A stretch of DNA of 64,000 nucleotides from Amoebophrya sp. A120 (Eukaryota; Protista; Dinoflagellata): contig CAJINV010000033.1 of assembly GCA_905178155.1 (NCBI GenBank), positions 22,736 through 86,735 of the forward strand. Direction: 5' to 3'. Below, in pieces: positions 58,936 to 64,000 of the stretch. The notes under the pieces were generated by a model. It did not search any database and was not told where the DNA came from. It saw only the letters and a list, made by a program, of their open reading frames with translations. Made by a program: the position numbers and the translations under genes. Position 1 is the first letter of the stretch; each line of letters starts with the position of its first letter.

Positions 58936-61900
58936 TAATAGTGGGAGCTCACCGAGGTGGCTTTCCTTCAGTTCGTTGTTGCTTTCCTTAGTTCGTTGTT
59001 GCTTTCCTTCATACAGCCTTTCTATCTCAGCTTTCTTTCAATTCACAACAAAAGACATTCAGTATCAGTTTCAAATTCAATTTCAACCATTTTCGTTATA
59101 TCGCAAGTTTTCTCAACAGATTCCTATCAAAAGCAGATCGTTATACAAAAAAGTCACGCGGTATATTACCGTCAGGATTGCCCAAGAATGCCAATACTTT
59201 CAAAAAGAAAAAGTTATCACTTGAGTGCGCAAGCGCGAGCGCTATGACAAGATATTCATCCAAATAATGCAGTGCAGGTTCCGGTTTTATTTTTTTTTTT
59301 TACGCAGATATTTATCTTTTTATGGGATATGATTTTCATTTTACGCAGATACCGGAAGAACTACGGCTTTACTGAAATCCTCAAACGAACTAAGGCTGAT
59401 AGCGTAGATGAGTGAGGTTGTCACACCGGAATAGCAAAGTTTTTTCTCTTTGTAGTCCAAGACTTCAAGAATGCGTTTCCCTTTTCACACTTCGTATGGT
59501 TTATTTGCTTTTCCTGGTTTAATGAATAAGAAGGCCACTACATCAATCTTCATCTGCCCCTGAAGAAAAATTCCGACTCCTCGTCGTATTTACTTTTTGT
59601 GTTTTTCTGCAAGAACCTTTAAACGCGAGTGGTTGAAGATACTGGCACCAGAAGCCGGGGAAGTGAAATACTGTAACTATGATGTGTTTGGTGTGCAGCC
59701 TCCATTCATTTCTAGTCCCAGCGACTATAATCACACAACTAAAATAAATTAGAGATGAAAGAGTATTAAGTAGTCTATTAGCTACACTAGATTTCAATTT
59801 CATGCTCGGCAAGCGGGGCTGTGGCTGACTCCCGATGGACCAGGCAAAGATTCTGGGCCGTCGTGATTTCAGCCAGGGAAGATAGGCAGTTTAAAATCCC
59901 CTCTGGGAAGATAATTTTTTTACAATGCAAAAATAGATCAGGAGTAGATGCAGTCAGTCCGACGTGCTGTCGTGGCCGAATCGAATCGCGCAGAGAGTAT
60001 GCAATAAGGTGTGGACGATGAATGGATACTAGAGGTTAGGACTCTAGCAGCTGTTTGGTTTTTATGTTCTTCTGCTTTCTTTCACGACTGTATTGACTAG
60101 TAGCATTCCGCCGCATCTTGAAAGCATTGATAATTCCAGTTTCCGTTCGGCCACTAGTAACGTGGGCATGAATCACTCGACCAGATGATATATACGGGCC
60201 TTGTTTGTTTTTACTAGCAGTTTCTGGTTTATTTTTTTACCTCGCTTGTGCTATAGCTTTTGGTTGCCTTTAAGAATTATGCTCTACAATTAAAACGCAA
60301 AGAGATCATGCACAGCTTGCTGCTGCAGGGTCGTCCGCCTCCGAATTGCTGCTCGTTCCCCTACTTCTGTGGTAGTTGCATTGAAACTTTTTAAAGTTGC
60401 ATGATCAAGACCATATAGAAATTTCAACTTAGCACCCAGAATTATGGCAGAACTTAAACTACTTCTACAGCATACTTACACAGGAAATGGAAAAGCAGTA
60501 GGATATGAAGCGAAGTGACTCTTACTGCGAATAAGCACAACAAAGTCACGGTCACTAGCAAGCAACTGTCTACACCTTAAGCTTGGCACCAAAAATAGTA
60601 GCACGAGCAATACCAATTAAATCAAAATGAGCCGCTTGTGATGCGATTACTCGGCATTCATCTACTAGTCTGCTGAGTGGTAATATGCGTCTTCACCAAA
60701 CGGTATCACTATCATTCAAAACAAATGTAAGACTTCACGCCTCCGTCAGGCAAGCTCAAGGCTGTATGTTGTGTATGATTTGAAAAGTTTTTTTTTCATT
60801 TTTCGCGAGGAGCATACCAACAACTCACTTACTTCATCATTTCGAATGTTATTCATCCTCATCCACAGAAAGTTCTTTAAATACGAATATTTGAAAAGTT
60901 GATATATCGAATGGATGGGCATTAAAGAAAAGACAAAGCACAAGCAACGCAGCATCTGTGAAGACCAAAGTGGCTGGTTACTCTACTATGCTTAGAGGAT
61001 CTTTGACTTTGAGACTGTCAATTCTCGTTCTCTATCTAGATCTTCTACAATATCAAAAGCACTCTCACTCTACTATTTTGCCTCCGTTAAATCGTGCCAT
61101 TCTATGCGCTTTTACTAGAGTGCTTCGATGAGGAGGTTCAATTTCATAAGAAAACACACGACGGCATGACTAAGGACTTAAACCGAGGTGGTTACACCAC
61201 AACCTTTCAGCGCCTAGCAACTTGTGGCTCTTGGAAGATTTTTTGCTTGTGGCAAAACCTTGCCCATTGAAAGCGGTAGCGTGATGCGTAATTTGATCAT
61301 TTTTGCCAAGCAAATCTTTAGCCACGAGATGTGATCGAGGCACGCGAATGGTTGTCTCAACTACCACAACAAGTCACATCGGTCCTCGTCTGCTTACATA
61401 TATAATTTGGGCAAAGTTTTTTAATATTTTTCAATAGCTTTATTTCGCTTTCTCATTTTGTTTCCTGTCCGACCGGACCACGGCGCATTTTCGCTGCAAG
61501 ATGCAACTGGGGTATTGCAATCGCTCGATGCTATACTCCATTGGGTATTTGCAATTCAGTATTTTTTACGTGAACACTAGTTCACAGGAAAGCGAAAGTC
61601 CCATGGTCCGGCGTTTAGTTTTTTTTTTCCGCACCTAGAAATATATTGCTAAGCACGCTTGTACTATTATATTGTTACAAAATCTTCCACGACCACGAGT
61701 TGATGCATCTTTGCAACGGCAACAGTATGGGGAGCCCGTACATGTGCACGACCAGCACGGTGCTGGTTCGGTCGAATAAGCGCAGTTACGAAAGATGAAT
61801 ATCTTCACCATTGCTGTGCCAAAAATTTGCTGGTTCCACTTCCACCGGGGGAATACGTAAAGCTGTCGTGGAGCTTGTGGCGATCCTATAGAGCAGCGCC

Positions 61901-63080
61901 ATGCATCACAAACAGAACCAAGCGTGATAACGGTAGGCTTTAATTATCATGATACCAAAACTTCAAACATATATTACTGGAGCCACCAGTAGATAGCACA
62001 ATATCAAAAGTGCTATCACTCTTGTTAGCCCCTGCACATCAACCAGAATCCACTGTGAGCATAGGCATACCTAGTATCCCTTTCTCTAGAAAGGCGTGCC
62101 TGCTTGTACAGTGGACAAGAAACATTTAGCTATGTAGGAGCACCTTTTCAAGCGGAAAAGAAATTCTAAAATGGAACTACAATGTTGACCTCCTTTTGAG
62201 GCGGAAAAGGAAATCAGTTGAAAAGTAGAATAACAAGAGAGAAACAACCAGTGGACCAACATTTTATTGCACCCTCGAGCTGGAAGCGGGTAAATTTTGC
62301 AAAAGGCAGAACACTCGTGGTCCGCGATACGAAATGGTGCGTCTTGCGGCCCTTGCGGCAGGACAAACTACATGTACTTCTACTGAACGTATGGCGCCGC
62401 GGCCCACATATTTCGTACAGGGACAGGAGTAACACAACCGGCGCCCACTACAAATCAAACGAAAATTGTTGAGCGAGCTCTACTCCGAGCTTGCAAAAAA
62501 CAATGAAAAAACACCGGGTCACAGTTCTTGACTATGACACGATGACGGACCCACTATGAGACCTCCAAGTAGAGCCTCTCACCCTCATCGATTGGAACTG
62601 CTTTTTGTACATTATTCAAGCGTTGTAGACCTCAGCTTCAAGAATTCGAATGTGTGCTGCGCCCGCACACGACGCTGCGCCGAGAACCCACACGAGAGAC
62701 TTCACGAAGAGATGAATCCGCTTGCATATTGCCTTTTTTCTTGTTGTTCTACTACTTATCGATTTTGATAATTCACTTACACTGTGGATTGAGTGCACTT
62801 CTGCCACTTTTCCACCGTTTTTTCGAATTGAAGCTGCGAAGTCACCACGTACAAAAGAAAAATAGATGTTGCAAACGAAATAAGAGGTCCCCGTACGAGA
62901 TCTCCACGCCACATGTACTTCATCGATCTCAAAAAATGTAGATCTACAGGCACAGATGCTTGAAGTGATTTCTCAAAAGACATGACACCACACTGTGAAA
63001 TCCACCGTATACGGATCCGTACGTACGAGAAGGTCCGAGAAAGAAAGATCCTGAGTCTTGATCTAAAAACAAAATCAAAC

Positions 63081-63245
63081 ATGGTGTTGAAGGTGATCCA
63101 TCACGCGCAACGTGGCGAATTTGAAGAAGATCTTCCCGATCAACGATACTTGTGCGATCTTTTCAACCATTTTGCAAAACGACTCTACTCCACTGCTTTC
63201 ATCGTCTCTGCTGCTACAGTGGGAGCTTTATATATATATTTCTGA
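63081..63245 (+). CDS. Possible small protein (54 aa) with a hydrophobic C-terminus
   Basis: ATG after an A-rich leader; MVLKVIHHAQRGEFEEDLP...TAFIVSAATVGALYIYF*; no recognisable homology. Confidence 0.25.
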   Translation: MVLKVIHHAQRGEFEEDLPDQRYLCDLFNHFAKRLYSTAFIVSAATVGALYIYF

Positions 63246-63520
63246 TATAATTATAATCTTAATCTCCGAAAGAGGAAGACAAGAGCAGGGCACGTGGCGT
63301 TGTGCACAGAATAATTTGATGTTCTACAACAGCAAGTGCATAAAGTTAATAAAGTTGTAAGAACTAAAAGTAGGCGACCAACATACAACAACGCTAGTAG
63401 AACCTGCGACAGAGTAGAAGTTGTCACTTTTTGATACAAAACTACAGTTGCTTTTTCTTGTACTATTCTACTTTTCCGTGCTGTATGAATCAAAAACACG
63501 ACATTAGAAACTTTTAGATC

Positions 63521-64000
63521 ATGGGGGGTTTTTCGCGGCGCAACCGGAAGCAGAGCCAGCAGGCTGGCGGCGAAGTGAGCATGACTTTGTCCCTGCTGCA
63601 AGACCGGATAAAACGGGACTCTCTCGCGTACAAACAGGAGTTTCAAGCGCAAGTACAGCACTTCGAGTCCGTTCTCGAGCTTTTGCTCCTCAACCCGCAG
63701 AAGCCCTCGAAACAGTTCGATGAGCAGGTGATGTTTCTCGCGCACGTATGCCCCTATTATGAATACAAGGACTTCCCGCAGAAAATCATCAAACTGCTGA
63801 AGGAAAAATCCAACTTACTCCACGCCCAAACGCGGAAGGTGCTGGTGCAGGCATTGATTCTGCTGAGGAACCGGAACCAGTACGAGTTGATCGACGCCCT
63901 GCCGCTCCACTTTCAGCTGCTGGCTTTGGACGACAAAAACGTCCGGTCCATGGTGCACACCCACATCGTCCGCGATGTGCTGCGCATGAACGAGAAGAGT
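63521..64000 (+). CDS. SDA1: SDA1 homolog (60S ribosome biogenesis factor), N-terminal part, runs off the window
   Basis: LSLLQDRIKRDSLAYKQEF...NPQKPSKQFDEQVMFLAHV...ALILLRNRN...DDKNVRSMVHTHIVRDV matches the SDA1/SDAD1 N-terminal pattern (LQNLIKRD, LVMF, ALILLRNK, YTHIVTDI). It is absent from the ORF track because it has no stop in the window. Confidence 0.9.
   Translation, partial: MGGFSRRNRKQSQQAGGEVSMTLSLLQDRIKRDSLAYKQEFQAQVQHFESVLELLLLNPQKPSKQFDEQVMFLAHVCPYYEYKDFPQKIIKLLKEKSNLLHAQTRKVLVQALILLRNRNQYELIDALPLHFQLLALDDKNVRSMVHTHIVRDVLRMNEKS

Noticed and set aside
59000-63000. Long AT-richer region searched by eye for RNA genes, repeats or ORFs
   Set aside because: No tRNA, rRNA or snRNA pattern, TIR/TSD pair or convincing ORF was visible. 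An Infernal or tRNAscan run would be needed to exclude small RNAs.

Overview
Eukaryotic genomic DNA. Its architecture matches a Syndiniales dinoflagellate parasite such as Amoebophrya (inferred from gene structure, not from a search). About 10 genes lie on the + strand, and many encode large proteins padded with Ser/Thr/Ala/Gln-rich inserts. Recognisable genes are TIM22, a COG0523/CobW-family GTPase, an ankyrin-tailed glutaminase whose catalytic domain is split by ~900 aa, and the 5' end of SDA1. The dominant feature is about 30 MITE-like introner elements of 150-907 bp in at least 8 TIR families. Almost all have TAT...ATA termini, imperfect terminal inverted repeats and 5-bp target-site duplications (TSDs). 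Removing an element plus one TSD copy restores the host reading frame in every intact case checked, yet only one of these junctions is GT-AG. Copies of the same family sit in both orientations in + strand genes, and unrelated short families share a subterminal TGT(C/G/A)ATGC motif. The window also contains a nested compound intron with a 23-bp direct repeat interrupted by a TTAGGG-ended element. Introner-type non-canonical introns are already reported for Amoebophrya in general terms. The splice register, shared motif, nesting and decay series described here are read from this sequence and need RNA-seq confirmation.
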